Assembly (NCBI GenBank): GCA_045222195.1
Contig: JBGUXN010000002.1
Location: 17,659-81,658 of the forward strand
Length of the DNA stretch: 64,000 bases
Source of the DNA: Bacilli bacterium
Lineage (GTDB): Bacteria; Bacillota_I; Bacilli_A; RFN20; CAG-826
Direction of reading: 5' to 3'
The notes under the pieces were generated by a model that saw only the letters and a program-made list of their open reading frames with translations, ran no database searches and had not been told where the DNA came from. Of the stretch, positions 16,677 through 25,190 are shown one piece after another (the first letter of the stretch is position 1; each line of letters opens with the position of its first letter). The position numbers and the translations under genes are program-made.

Positions 16677-17803
16677 TGGATAAGCTCACTTTTATTAATT
16701 ATCTTAATAAATACACTAAGTTAATGGCCCTTTATTTAAACAATAAAGAAGACCCTAATTTTGCTATTAGTAATGAGGAATTAACTTTTTTCATTAAGCT
16801 TTCTAAACATCATTCTTTGATGGCGTTCCTTTATAAAGCCATCAGTGAAGTAAGAGTAAAAGCGGATGAAGATAAAATCCACAAATTAGAAGAATACTAT
16901 TTAGCGAACCTTCGTAAATCCGTTCTCTTTGATAAAGAAAGAAAGGACATCTACGCTTTCTTTAATGAAAATGAGATTGAGTTTCTCCCTCTTAAGGGTA
17001 TTATCTTAAAAGATTATTATTTAGATCCGTACACTAGAGAATTCGCGGATAACGATATCTTGTTTGCTAATAAAGATAAGCTCATCAAAAACTTCTTTGT
17101 TAAAAGAGGCTACGAAGTAGAATCATTTAGGAAGAGTAACCATGATGTCTATTTAAAGAAACCATTCTTTAATTTTGAAATCCATCGAGATTTATTTGAT
17201 GAAACCGAGGACAATAGGAAAAACATTAAATACTTTAAGGATTACCTAGATAAAGCCCCAGTTAAAGAAAATCACGAACATTATCTTTCTAACGAAGATT
17301 TCTATATTTATTTCTTGGCCCACACTTATAAACATTACCATGTTTCTGGATGCGGCCTTAGAACACTTATTGATATCTATTTATATTTAAAGAAAGAACA
17401 ATTAGATTTTAATTACATTAATAAAGAATTAGAGAAATTAGATTTAGTGGAATTCTCTAAAGAGATTATCGATTTATCGTTTGCCTTATTCGATGAAAAA
17501 GAATTGAACGAAGAGCAAAATAACATGCTTTTATTTATCGCTAGTAGTGGTACTTATGGCACCCTTGAACACAGTGTTAAAAAAGGCGTTAAAGAAAAAG
17601 GCAAGTTTGGCTACGCCATGAAAAGAGTGTTCCCACCTTATTCTTTCTACAAAAATACCTACAAATGGGCTTATAAAGTCCCAATCTTAATTCCAATTGC
17701 CTGGTTATGTCGATTCTTTAGAATCCTCTTCAAGAATCCGAAAAAGGCGACGAAAGAATTAAAGATGATTAGCGAAGTTAAAGAAGAAGAGACCACTGAT
17801 TAG
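16676..17803 (+). CDS. Uncharacterised nucleotidyltransferase family protein (NTP_transf_5-like)
   Basis: FLPLKGIILKDYYLDPYTREFADNDILF...FEIHRDLF pattern. TAATG overlap with the ABC gene. Confidence 0.6.
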   Translation: MDKLTFINYLNKYTKLMALYLNNKEDPNFAISNEELTFFIKLSKHHSLMAFLYKAISEVRVKADEDKIHKLEEYYLANLRKSVLFDKERKDIYAFFNENEIEFLPLKGIILKDYYLDPYTREFADNDILFANKDKLIKNFFVKRGYEVESFRKSNHDVYLKKPFFNFEIHRDLFDETEDNRKNIKYFKDYLDKAPVKENHEHYLSNEDFYIYFLAHTYKHYHVSGCGLRTLIDIYLYLKKEQLDFNYINKELEKLDLVEFSKEIIDLSFALFDEKELNEEQNNMLLFIASSGTYGTLEHSVKKGVKEKGKFGYAMKRVFPPYSFYKNTYKWAYKVPILIPIAWLCRFFRILFKNPKKATKELKMISEVKEEETTD

Positions 17804-17816
17804 TGGCCTCTTTTTT
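17789..17816. terminator. Terminator between convergent genes
   Basis: GAGACCACT pairs with AGTGGCCTC (one mismatch), followed by TTTTTT. Overlaps the TAG stop at 17801-17803. Confidence 0.65.
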
Positions 17817-17817
17817 A

Positions 17818-19923
17818 TTAATCAAGGTTGAATACAAGCGGCGATGATTCAACTCCGTTATATTCGAGAATATAAGTGACTTTATTACTTTCAGATTTAC
17901 TCTTTAATGTAATAACGATTTCATCTTTTTGATATCTTTGAATAGTCCAACCATCTTGATAGTCACTGCTTAAATATTCCCAGCGTGGAAAATCGCTATT
18001 ATAGGTATTTTCCGCTAAACCGTATCTATTAACGTAGACTTTAACATCGCCTACACTAATGGCTTTCGCGTGGCATAATTGACACTCACCATCTTTATCG
18101 CAGTGATCAAGGATATAAATAGAAACATATGTATCAATCTTTTTCCCTTCAGCATTATATTGGGTGGCATAACCACTGTATCCGTTATAGTGATTAGAGA
18201 AGTCACCCTCTTTTACTTCGTAAACCGATTCATCTTTTTCGTGACATTTTGTGCATTCATCGTATTGGAAATATAAATAGCCTGCTTGAGCCCAAGATGG
18301 ATTGCTGATTAAGTTAAGATGGCGATCGTGAGAATAGGTATCATTTACATATGTGGTTCTACCACACTTACTACAGATACTTGGAGTGCTTGTTAAGCAT
18401 GTGTTGATAACAACTGGTTCTCCATAAGAGGAATTATGAGCAGTATACACATACCAAGTATTTAATTCTTTTAATAAGGTATATCTACTCTTAATATCGG
18501 CGATGGTGTTAGTGTCACTAGATAAACCAACGCCCGCTAAATAGACTTTCTTTTTATCGCTACTGGAAGAGTCTTCATTATCAAGAATGGCTTGTTGTTC
18601 CGCGGTAATGTTAAATTTAACATTCTTAAAAGCAATGAATGTATATTGTGTTTCTTCGACACATGAAGATTCACTGATATATTGTTTATCTCCACTTTGA
18701 TAGACGATAATCATAATTTCGTCTTTTTCATAATAAGCGACATAATTAGTGCCGCCTTTAGAATCGCTAAGTGGGAATGTTTGTCTGAATAATGGTGGAT
18801 AGCTACTATCTGTACCAATGTAATTAGAACCAATGTATTCATTAGTGTCCTTACAGTATTGAATTGAAAGCAATTTATGACCATCTTTATTAATTAATTC
18901 TTCTGGGCAATAACTGCTTTGATAGTCCGGATGATAATCACAAACACCACAGTATTTATGTTTGTTATTTATATCATGTGGCTTAATTTCTTTATCGAGG
19001 TATTTTTGACAGTCATAGCACATCTTACGGTGGCCTTTACCTTCTAAATTATCCATCTTAAAGAACTTATGTTGATGTTCACAAGTGACTTCACCACTTG
19101 GAATAGTTAATTTAACTTTATTCAAGTCAGTGGCTTTAACTTCGACATTAGCCTCAAGAATAGTGCCACTTCCTAAAATATCACCATTTAATGAGCCCCC
19201 TAATGTCATAGTGGTGCCATCATGTTTAAAGTGGGCTTTATCTAAGACAGTTCCTGAGATATTAATGCCACCTTCTGGCTCTAAGATATATTCCCCGTTA
19301 ACGGGTTTGCCGTTCACTAGGGCTTCTTTAATAAGATCTTTTAAATTATGAAGAATAAAGCAGTTATCTTGGACATCTTCATATTCATCATAGTTAGTGT
19401 ATTTACTAGCGATGAGCTTATCTTTGCTGTCAAATTCTAAGACTTTGTATTGATCATATTCTTGATCATAGATGTAATATTTATTCTTCGTAGCTTTTTC
19501 TGAACCAGAAGAAGTTTCTTGAGAAACAGTTCTTTTTGCTTCGTCAAAAGTGTACTTTGGATAAGCTTCTTTAAGTTCAGCAATAGATTTATTACCACTG
19601 TTTTTGATGATGTCATCTAAAGGATATGTTTCTTTAGTGGTGGTTAAACTTTCTTGCGGTAAAGAAACAGCGTTTAAACCATCAACTTTACTCTTTTCAA
19701 CTACTGATATTTCAGTCACGCCTTTGGTGAGCATATCACCGAATTTGGTTTCACCTTTTAAAGCTAAAGTGGTGCTTAAAGAATAACTAGTGTAAGAAGT
19801 ATATTCTTCCGCTTTTTGTTCGGCTTCTGAACTATTGTAGTTTCTTTGTGGTCCTTGACAGCCACAGCTAGATAAGGCGAAAAGCGCCACTAGTGGAATA
19901 ATGGATAATACTATTTTTCTCAT
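17818..19923 (-). CDS. Large lipoprotein with several Cys/His clusters, unknown function
   Basis: AAGGAGAAGG SD and lipobox LSSC. Clusters CEHQHK..HRKMCYDCQ..HKYCGVCDYH, ICSKCG..HDRH, ECTKCH, HCDKDGECQLCH. Confidence 0.65.
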   Translation of the reverse strand: MRKIVLSIIPLVALFALSSCGCQGPQRNYNSSEAEQKAEEYTSYTSYSLSTTLALKGETKFGDMLTKGVTEISVVEKSKVDGLNAVSLPQESLTTTKETYPLDDIIKNSGNKSIAELKEAYPKYTFDEAKRTVSQETSSGSEKATKNKYYIYDQEYDQYKVLEFDSKDKLIASKYTNYDEYEDVQDNCFILHNLKDLIKEALVNGKPVNGEYILEPEGGINISGTVLDKAHFKHDGTTMTLGGSLNGDILGSGTILEANVEVKATDLNKVKLTIPSGEVTCEHQHKFFKMDNLEGKGHRKMCYDCQKYLDKEIKPHDINNKHKYCGVCDYHPDYQSSYCPEELINKDGHKLLSIQYCKDTNEYIGSNYIGTDSSYPPLFRQTFPLSDSKGGTNYVAYYEKDEIMIIVYQSGDKQYISESSCVEETQYTFIAFKNVKFNITAEQQAILDNEDSSSSDKKKVYLAGVGLSSDTNTIADIKSRYTLLKELNTWYVYTAHNSSYGEPVVINTCLTSTPSICSKCGRTTYVNDTYSHDRHLNLISNPSWAQAGYLYFQYDECTKCHEKDESVYEVKEGDFSNHYNGYSGYATQYNAEGKKIDTYVSIYILDHCDKDGECQLCHAKAISVGDVKVYVNRYGLAENTYNSDFPRWEYLSSDYQDGWTIQRYQKDEIVITLKSKSESNKVTYILEYNGVESSPLVFNLD

Positions 19924-19968
19924 ATTTCCTTCTCCTTTATGAGTGTTTATAGTTTACTCTTTTTTTAA

Positions 19969-21375
19969 TTATTTTAAAAATTTGGAAAGCATTTTCTTTT
20001 TCTTTTGATTATATGGATGTTCTCTTAATGAGAGATTCATCTTTGTGTGACCATATAACACTGTAGATGGGTGAGTGAATTCTCTAAAGCCCCAGATGCC
20101 GTGATATGCTCCCATACCAGAATGACCGACACCATTAAATGGGACACCTTTCACCATTAAGTGTAAGCATACTTCGTTGATACAACCGCCACCATATTGT
20201 TGTGTTTGCATCACTTTCTTGGCCCATTTCTTATTCTTAGTAAAGATATAGAAGGCTAAACCGTGTTCTCTTTCACTAATAACTTTCAATAAGTTATCAA
20301 TTTCAGCGTCTTTATATTTAACGACAGGTAATAATGGTCCAAAGATTTCGTGTTGAACGATTGGCTCGTTAATATCCACTGGATAAATAATCGTTGGGGA
20401 ATATTTACATGTTTCTAAACTGCCTTCTCCACCAAAAACGATACGGTCTCTATATTGTTCTGCTTCATCCGCGATTGCTTGATAGGCTCTAGAAGTGATG
20501 AGTTTAGGATATTCTTCATTTAAATATCCTTGTTCACCGATTTGTTTAATAAAGGCTTGTTTTAATTCTTCAATAAACTTATCAGCGACTTCTTCTGCGA
20601 CTGCAACTTGGTTGATGTTAATACAAACTTGACCAGCATTACATAACTTGAAGAACGCTATTTTTCTCGCGGCGTCTTTTAAATTTGCGTCTTTTCTAAT
20701 CACGCACCAGTTGCCTGTTTCTCCACCTAATTCTAAGGCGACAGGTGTTAAGTTTTTAGAAGCCATTTCCATGACGTGCTTAGCAACTTTAGGGGAACCG
20801 GTATAGAAAATCTTATCCACTCTTTCTTCTAAGCAGAAGTCTGCAACATCATGCCCGCCATCAATAACCACGCAATATTCAGGTGGGAAGGTACGGGAAA
20901 TAATATCCACTAAAGCTTCAGTGGTGGCTCTAGATTTGCTACTTGCTTTAATAATCGCCGTGTTACCTGCAGCAATAGAAGCGGCCAATACACCAATTGA
21001 TAATAAAACTGGGAAATTAAATGGCGAGATGATTAAAGAAACACCATACGGCATCTTATAGACTTTCGTGGTCATGCTTGGAAAACACGCTAAACCAGAG
21101 AAATGCCTTTCTGGCTTACTCCATTTTCTTAAGCCCTTAATATATTCATTAATTTCCATGACGACATCACCGACATCGCAGAAATACGATTCAACATCAC
21201 ATCTACCTAAATCGATATGCAAAGCCTCGATGATTTGATCTTGGTTATCAATAATTGCCTGTCTTAGTTTCTTAAGTTGTTCTTTTCTAAACTTAATGTC
21301 CAAGGTGACATTACTATTAAAAAACTCGCGTTGTTTCAAAACAATCTCATGGATTGACTCTTTTGTGTGTGCCAT
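19969..21375 (-). CDS. NAD(P)-dependent aldehyde dehydrogenase (class 3-like)
   Basis: VALELGG, catalytic region LCNAGQVCIN, EIFGPLLP, GHSGMGAYHG. Confidence 0.85.
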   Translation of the reverse strand: MAHTKESIHEIVLKQREFFNSNVTLDIKFRKEQLKKLRQAIIDNQDQIIEALHIDLGRCDVESYFCDVGDVVMEINEYIKGLRKWSKPERHFSGLACFPSMTTKVYKMPYGVSLIISPFNFPVLLSIGVLAASIAAGNTAIIKASSKSRATTEALVDIISRTFPPEYCVVIDGGHDVADFCLEERVDKIFYTGSPKVAKHVMEMASKNLTPVALELGGETGNWCVIRKDANLKDAARKIAFFKLCNAGQVCININQVAVAEEVADKFIEELKQAFIKQIGEQGYLNEEYPKLITSRAYQAIADEAEQYRDRIVFGGEGSLETCKYSPTIIYPVDINEPIVQHEIFGPLLPVVKYKDAEIDNLLKVISEREHGLAFYIFTKNKKWAKKVMQTQQYGGGCINEVCLHLMVKGVPFNGVGHSGMGAYHGIWGFREFTHPSTVLYGHTKMNLSLREHPYNQKKKKMLSKFLK

Positions 21376-21478
21376 AAATATTTCCTCTTATTATCTTTAT
21401 TATATAAATCTTTATTTATTATTGTTAGATGGGCGATTTATTTATAAAATGAAAACAGCAATTAAATTGGAGATTATT

Positions 21479-21730
21479 ATGGAAAAATATTTCAAAGTGC
21501 AAGTTTCTTATCCTGATGGCAAAGTGGAAATGATTGAAGAAGATTTTGAAAAAGGCGCTGACGCCTTAGAATACGGTAATAGTTTATTAGCCCAAATCGC
21601 TATTAATCAAAATTATCACGAAGGTGCAATCGATGAATTCGGCGAAGAAACATTAAAAAATCCTTATTTCTTCATCATTGAAGTCTATGACGATAAACAA
21701 GCCGTCGTCTACGATAGTAGAAAAGCTTAA
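21479..21730 (+). CDS. Small hypothetical protein (83 aa)
   Basis: ATG 21479 follows a GGAG. The longer ORF-track start (21296) overlaps the aldehyde dehydrogenase gene and is rejected. Confidence 0.5.
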   Translation: MEKYFKVQVSYPDGKVEMIEEDFEKGADALEYGNSLLAQIAINQNYHEGAIDEFGEETLKNPYFFIIEVYDDKQAVVYDSRKA

Positions 21731-21744
21731 TTAATCGAGAAATT

Positions 21745-21773
21745 AAAAGAACCGTTGGCGCGGTTCTTTTTTT
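21745..21773. terminator. Bidirectional terminator
   Basis: AAAAGAACCG (21745-21754) pairs with CGGTTCTTTT (21761-21770), flanked by T/A runs. Confidence 0.8.
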
Positions 21774-21774
21774 G

Positions 21775-22509
21775 TTAGATGAACAAGATACAAAGGGCGA
21801 TTAAGAACTGGGCTAGATAATACGTTACTGAATTAGAAACGATATCGAATGGTTTTTCATGTCCTTCAGTGAAGTAAGTCATATTTAAGATTAAATCTGA
21901 TACGACAAATAGGAACGCTCCAATGAAAAATAATAGTAGTGATGTTTCAGTAAATGCTGTCATCATCCATAAGAAGAATGAAGTAAAGAGTGTGCCAAAT
22001 AAGGTCATCGCATAGAAGAAAGCAATCCAGAAGAATTTTCCATAAACCGCTTTCATGGCTTTACCAATTAACATAGTAATTGGGCCCATAATAATCGCCA
22101 AAAGAATTGGAATGAAAATATAGAAGATACTTTGATCAACGTAATATTCTAAGAACATGCCGGTGATATATAGAATATGTCCAACACCAAAGGCGACAAA
22201 GCCGAGCATGGTCCATAAGTAATCTTTTTCTTTTTGGACGTATTTTAAATCTAAAAAGATATCGCCTAATAAACCAAAGAATAATCCCGGAACTATGAAG
22301 AAACTCAGAACCCTAAATTCCATCGCAATCATGCCATATATACCCAAAGATAAAAATAGCAAAGAAGTAATGCCTTTAATAATGACGGTGCGATAAGAAT
22401 AAGACTTTACTTTGCTTATGCAAAATAAGGTCAATGAAATAAGGCCTAAGGCAAGAAGAATTATTGGTAGAATCATAACTTCATTTACATTATAAATAAG
22501 ATTAATCAT
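21775..22509 (-). CDS. YhhN-family (lysoplasmalogenase-like) membrane protein
   Basis: Eight hydrophobic helices. FGLLGDIFLD and FGVGHILYI motifs typical of YhhN/TMEM86. Confidence 0.65.
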   Translation of the reverse strand: MINLIYNVNEVMILPIILLALGLISLTLFCISKVKSYSYRTVIIKGITSLLFLSLGIYGMIAMEFRVLSFFIVPGLFFGLLGDIFLDLKYVQKEKDYLWTMLGFVAFGVGHILYITGMFLEYYVDQSIFYIFIPILLAIIMGPITMLIGKAMKAVYGKFFWIAFFYAMTLFGTLFTSFFLWMMTAFTETSLLLFFIGAFLFVVSDLILNMTYFTEGHEKPFDIVSNSVTYYLAQFLIALCILFI

Positions 22510-22512
22510 AAG

Positions 22513-22521
22513 TGATATAAT
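22513..22521 (+). promoter_or_regulatory. Extended -10 element (TGaTATAAT), 8 nt upstream of the ABC start codon
   Basis: TG at 22513-22514, TATAAT at 22516-22521, ATG at 22530. No SD in between. Confidence 0.5.
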
Positions 22522-22529
22522 AATCTAAG

Positions 22530-25190
22530 ATGTTGCAAGTCCATAACTTGACCAAAAGATACGAGTCTAAAGATGGTGTAACTTTTGCTTTGGACTCAGT
22601 TAATCTCGAATTCAATAAAAACGAATTTGTTTTCGTGGTGGGTAAATCCGGAAGTGGTAAATCTACCTTATTAAATATCTTAGGTTCATTAGATAAACCA
22701 ACTTCTGGTGAAGTCTTTTTAAATAATGAATCATTGCATGATTTTGATAACAATCAGACCAACATATATAGGCAAAACATCGCCTTTATCTTCCAAGACT
22801 TTGCCTTAATCGATAATTTAAACGTTAGAGATAATATCAAACTCGCGAGAAGTGATGTTATAGACGAAGATATCAAACTCGCTTTAGAAAAAGTAGAACT
22901 ACCTGGCTTTGAAGATAGAAAAATCCAAACCTTATCCGCGGGTCAAAAACAAAGAGTGGCGATAGCAAGAGGCATCGTTAAAAATCCGAAAATTATCTTG
23001 TGCGATGAACCCACTGGTAACTTAGACTTTGCCACCTCACAAGCCATCATCAAATGTCTGAAGACATTAGCTAATGATACATTAGTCTTGTTTGTTTCTC
23101 ATAACTTAGATGATGCTTATACGTACGCGAATAGAATCATTGAATTAGATAATGGCAAAGTCATTAGGGATATTCAAGTGGCTTCTGAATTAGGAAATAA
23201 GGCATATGTGATAGAAAATAATAGCCTCTATTTAACGACAATTAAATCATTAGATGATCAAGAAATTGATGAAATCAATAGAGAAATCAAAACTGGTCAA
23301 ATCAAAAAGATTCATCCAAAAAAGGAACTTTTCAAAGATCATCAAATTGAAGAGGACAAAGATATAGAAATAGGTAAAACCTATAAAAAGATTAAAACTA
23401 AAGACTTATTCTCTTTTTCTAACAAAGTTCTTGAGAAGCAATTTGTTAAGACATCTTTATTCGCTCTGATTGGCGCTTTAGTGCTATCGGTGTTTTCCAT
23501 CGCGTTTAGCTTTGTGACTTTCAATTCTCAAAGCTATACCTCTAGAAGTTTGAATGCCTCTAAAGAAAATAACATTAGATATGTGCAGTTTACTAAAGAC
23601 ACCTCTAATGTTGATGAAAATGGTAGATGTCTTCCTCTTTCTCCTTATTTTGATGAACAAGTGATAGGAGAAAAATATGTCGATTATTGTCCTATTGTTG
23701 ATATCGAAGTGCCTGGTACCGCTAATTCGATAACTGCGGGGCCATATCGTAACACAAATCCAATTGATAAAACGTGCATCTTTAAAGATAGAAAAGTGTG
23801 CTTTAATACCTCTAGTGGCGCAGTCATAATAACCGAAGAATCATTTTCTAAAAACCTCAATGGTGGTCGTCCTTTTAAGATTATCGAACAGGCAGAAGAA
23901 TATAAAGACTATGGTGTTTATATTACCGATGTCGCGATGAAGTGGTTGAAAAGAGACCATATAGATTATTTAGGAGAGAAAAAATCAGCGCTTACCCCAA
24001 GCAAAGATTACTTTTATGGAGCGTATATCAATGGTGTTGTTGAAACGGATTTGGAAGACCGCTTCCCTGAATTTAAACAATATCTATATAGCAATAATCT
24101 AAACAGTGATGATTATAAAACTTTCACTAGATCAAAAGACTTCGATAAGTTCCTTAGAGTGGTGGGAAGATACTCTACTTTCTATTATTCTTTCAATAAA
24201 AACTTCTTAGAAGATTTTAGAAATGTGAGAAGAGATTTCAAATGGTTCACCAACTATGGTGTGGTTTTAGAAGCTTCAAAGAAATACGCTAGTGAAGAAG
24301 AAAATGAAGAAGAAAATAGTGTTCTTGTTCATTCTCGTGGCTATTTTGGTAGTCAGCCAGTTAATAGTATCCCTCAAGGCTACTGCAATGTTTCCCTTGG
24401 CCTATTAAACACCATGATGAAAGAAGAAGAGGAACACACAAAAGAGGAATGGAACGAGATATTAGATACTTATGGTAGAGGATTAACGTTACACAATGCG
24501 ATTTATGATGTCGATGGTTACACCCATCCAGTGTTTAACTTTCAAATCCGTGCCATTACCGATTCTGATGGTGTCTTTCTATCTTTAAATAACGATGACG
24601 CTAACGAAGTTAACAAAACTTCATTTTATGAAGTTGGTTTAGTTTCTTTTGATTCAGAGTTCTTTTCAAAAAATGAAGAATTGTTTGAAAACTTGCATAT
24701 TAAAATCACTAATTCCTATGCGACTATTGGTACTTCTGTCGCTAAAACCATCAATGCCTATAATGGTTTATTTAAAGTAGTATTCTATATTATGCTTATC
24801 GCGGCTTTATTTATCGTCTTTGTGGCCGCGTTTGATGCTATAAGAAGACAAACATATTCTGTTGGGGTTATGAAATCCCTTGGTTTAAAAGAGTCATCTA
24901 TTTTCTCTTGCTTCTTAGTTCATCAGATTGAATTCATTTTGATGGCCAGCATTCTCTCTTTGATAGGGGAAATAGTATTCATGAGTCTCGCTAATCAATT
25001 GCTAGTGGTGGCTTTTAAGAGTTTATTTAATCTTTCGGTCAGGCCTGTTGTTCCCGTTATTGAGTTCACGCCAGTGGTGTATCTAGTGACACTAGCAATC
25101 ATTATTGGCATTACAACAATATCTTTAATCGCTTCCTTTATCTTTATCAAAAAGATGAAGATAGTTGATATTTTAAAGAGCAAATATTAG
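22530..25190 (+). CDS. MacB-like fused ABC ATPase/FtsX permease with a very large extracytoplasmic domain
   Basis: Walker A GKSGSGKST, signature LSAGQKQR, Walker B ILCDEPTGNLD. TM1 at about aa 305-330, about 410 aa of hydrophilic domain, then 3 C-terminal FtsX-type helices. Confidence 0.8.
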   Translation: MLQVHNLTKRYESKDGVTFALDSVNLEFNKNEFVFVVGKSGSGKSTLLNILGSLDKPTSGEVFLNNESLHDFDNNQTNIYRQNIAFIFQDFALIDNLNVRDNIKLARSDVIDEDIKLALEKVELPGFEDRKIQTLSAGQKQRVAIARGIVKNPKIILCDEPTGNLDFATSQAIIKCLKTLANDTLVLFVSHNLDDAYTYANRIIELDNGKVIRDIQVASELGNKAYVIENNSLYLTTIKSLDDQEIDEINREIKTGQIKKIHPKKELFKDHQIEEDKDIEIGKTYKKIKTKDLFSFSNKVLEKQFVKTSLFALIGALVLSVFSIAFSFVTFNSQSYTSRSLNASKENNIRYVQFTKDTSNVDENGRCLPLSPYFDEQVIGEKYVDYCPIVDIEVPGTANSITAGPYRNTNPIDKTCIFKDRKVCFNTSSGAVIITEESFSKNLNGGRPFKIIEQAEEYKDYGVYITDVAMKWLKRDHIDYLGEKKSALTPSKDYFYGAYINGVVETDLEDRFPEFKQYLYSNNLNSDDYKTFTRSKDFDKFLRVVGRYSTFYYSFNKNFLEDFRNVRRDFKWFTNYGVVLEASKKYASEEENEEENSVLVHSRGYFGSQPVNSIPQGYCNVSLGLLNTMMKEEEEHTKEEWNEILDTYGRGLTLHNAIYDVDGYTHPVFNFQIRAITDSDGVFLSLNNDDANEVNKTSFYEVGLVSFDSEFFSKNEELFENLHIKITNSYATIGTSVAKTINAYNGLFKVVFYIMLIAALFIVFVAAFDAIRRQTYSVGVMKSLGLKESSIFSCFLVHQIEFILMASILSLIGEIVFMSLANQLLVVAFKSLFNLSVRPVVPVIEFTPVVYLVTLAIIIGITTISLIASFIFIKKMKIVDILKSKY

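Noticed and set aside
13640-17803. Calling the PqqD/kinase/nucleotidyltransferase operon a lasso-peptide gene cluster
   Set aside because: No Asn-synthetase-like lasso cyclase, no transglutaminase-like B2 protease and no precursor gene are present in or next to the operon. It is reported as an orphan RRE system instead.
21296-21478. N-terminal extension of the 21296-21730 ORF
   Set aside because: It overlaps the 5' end of the aldehyde dehydrogenase gene on the other strand and has nonsense-like composition. An internal ATG at 21479 with GGAG is preferred.
22502-22753. 83-aa minus-strand ORF
   Set aside because: It lies entirely antisense to the conserved Walker A region of the ABC gene and has no SD.
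25187-25190. 4-nt overlap of convergent stop codons (TTAG) between the MacB-like ABC gene and the ArsB/NhaD-like gene, with no terminator
   Set aside because: The overlap is real in the sequence, but such overlaps are common in compact genomes. It is noted only as context.
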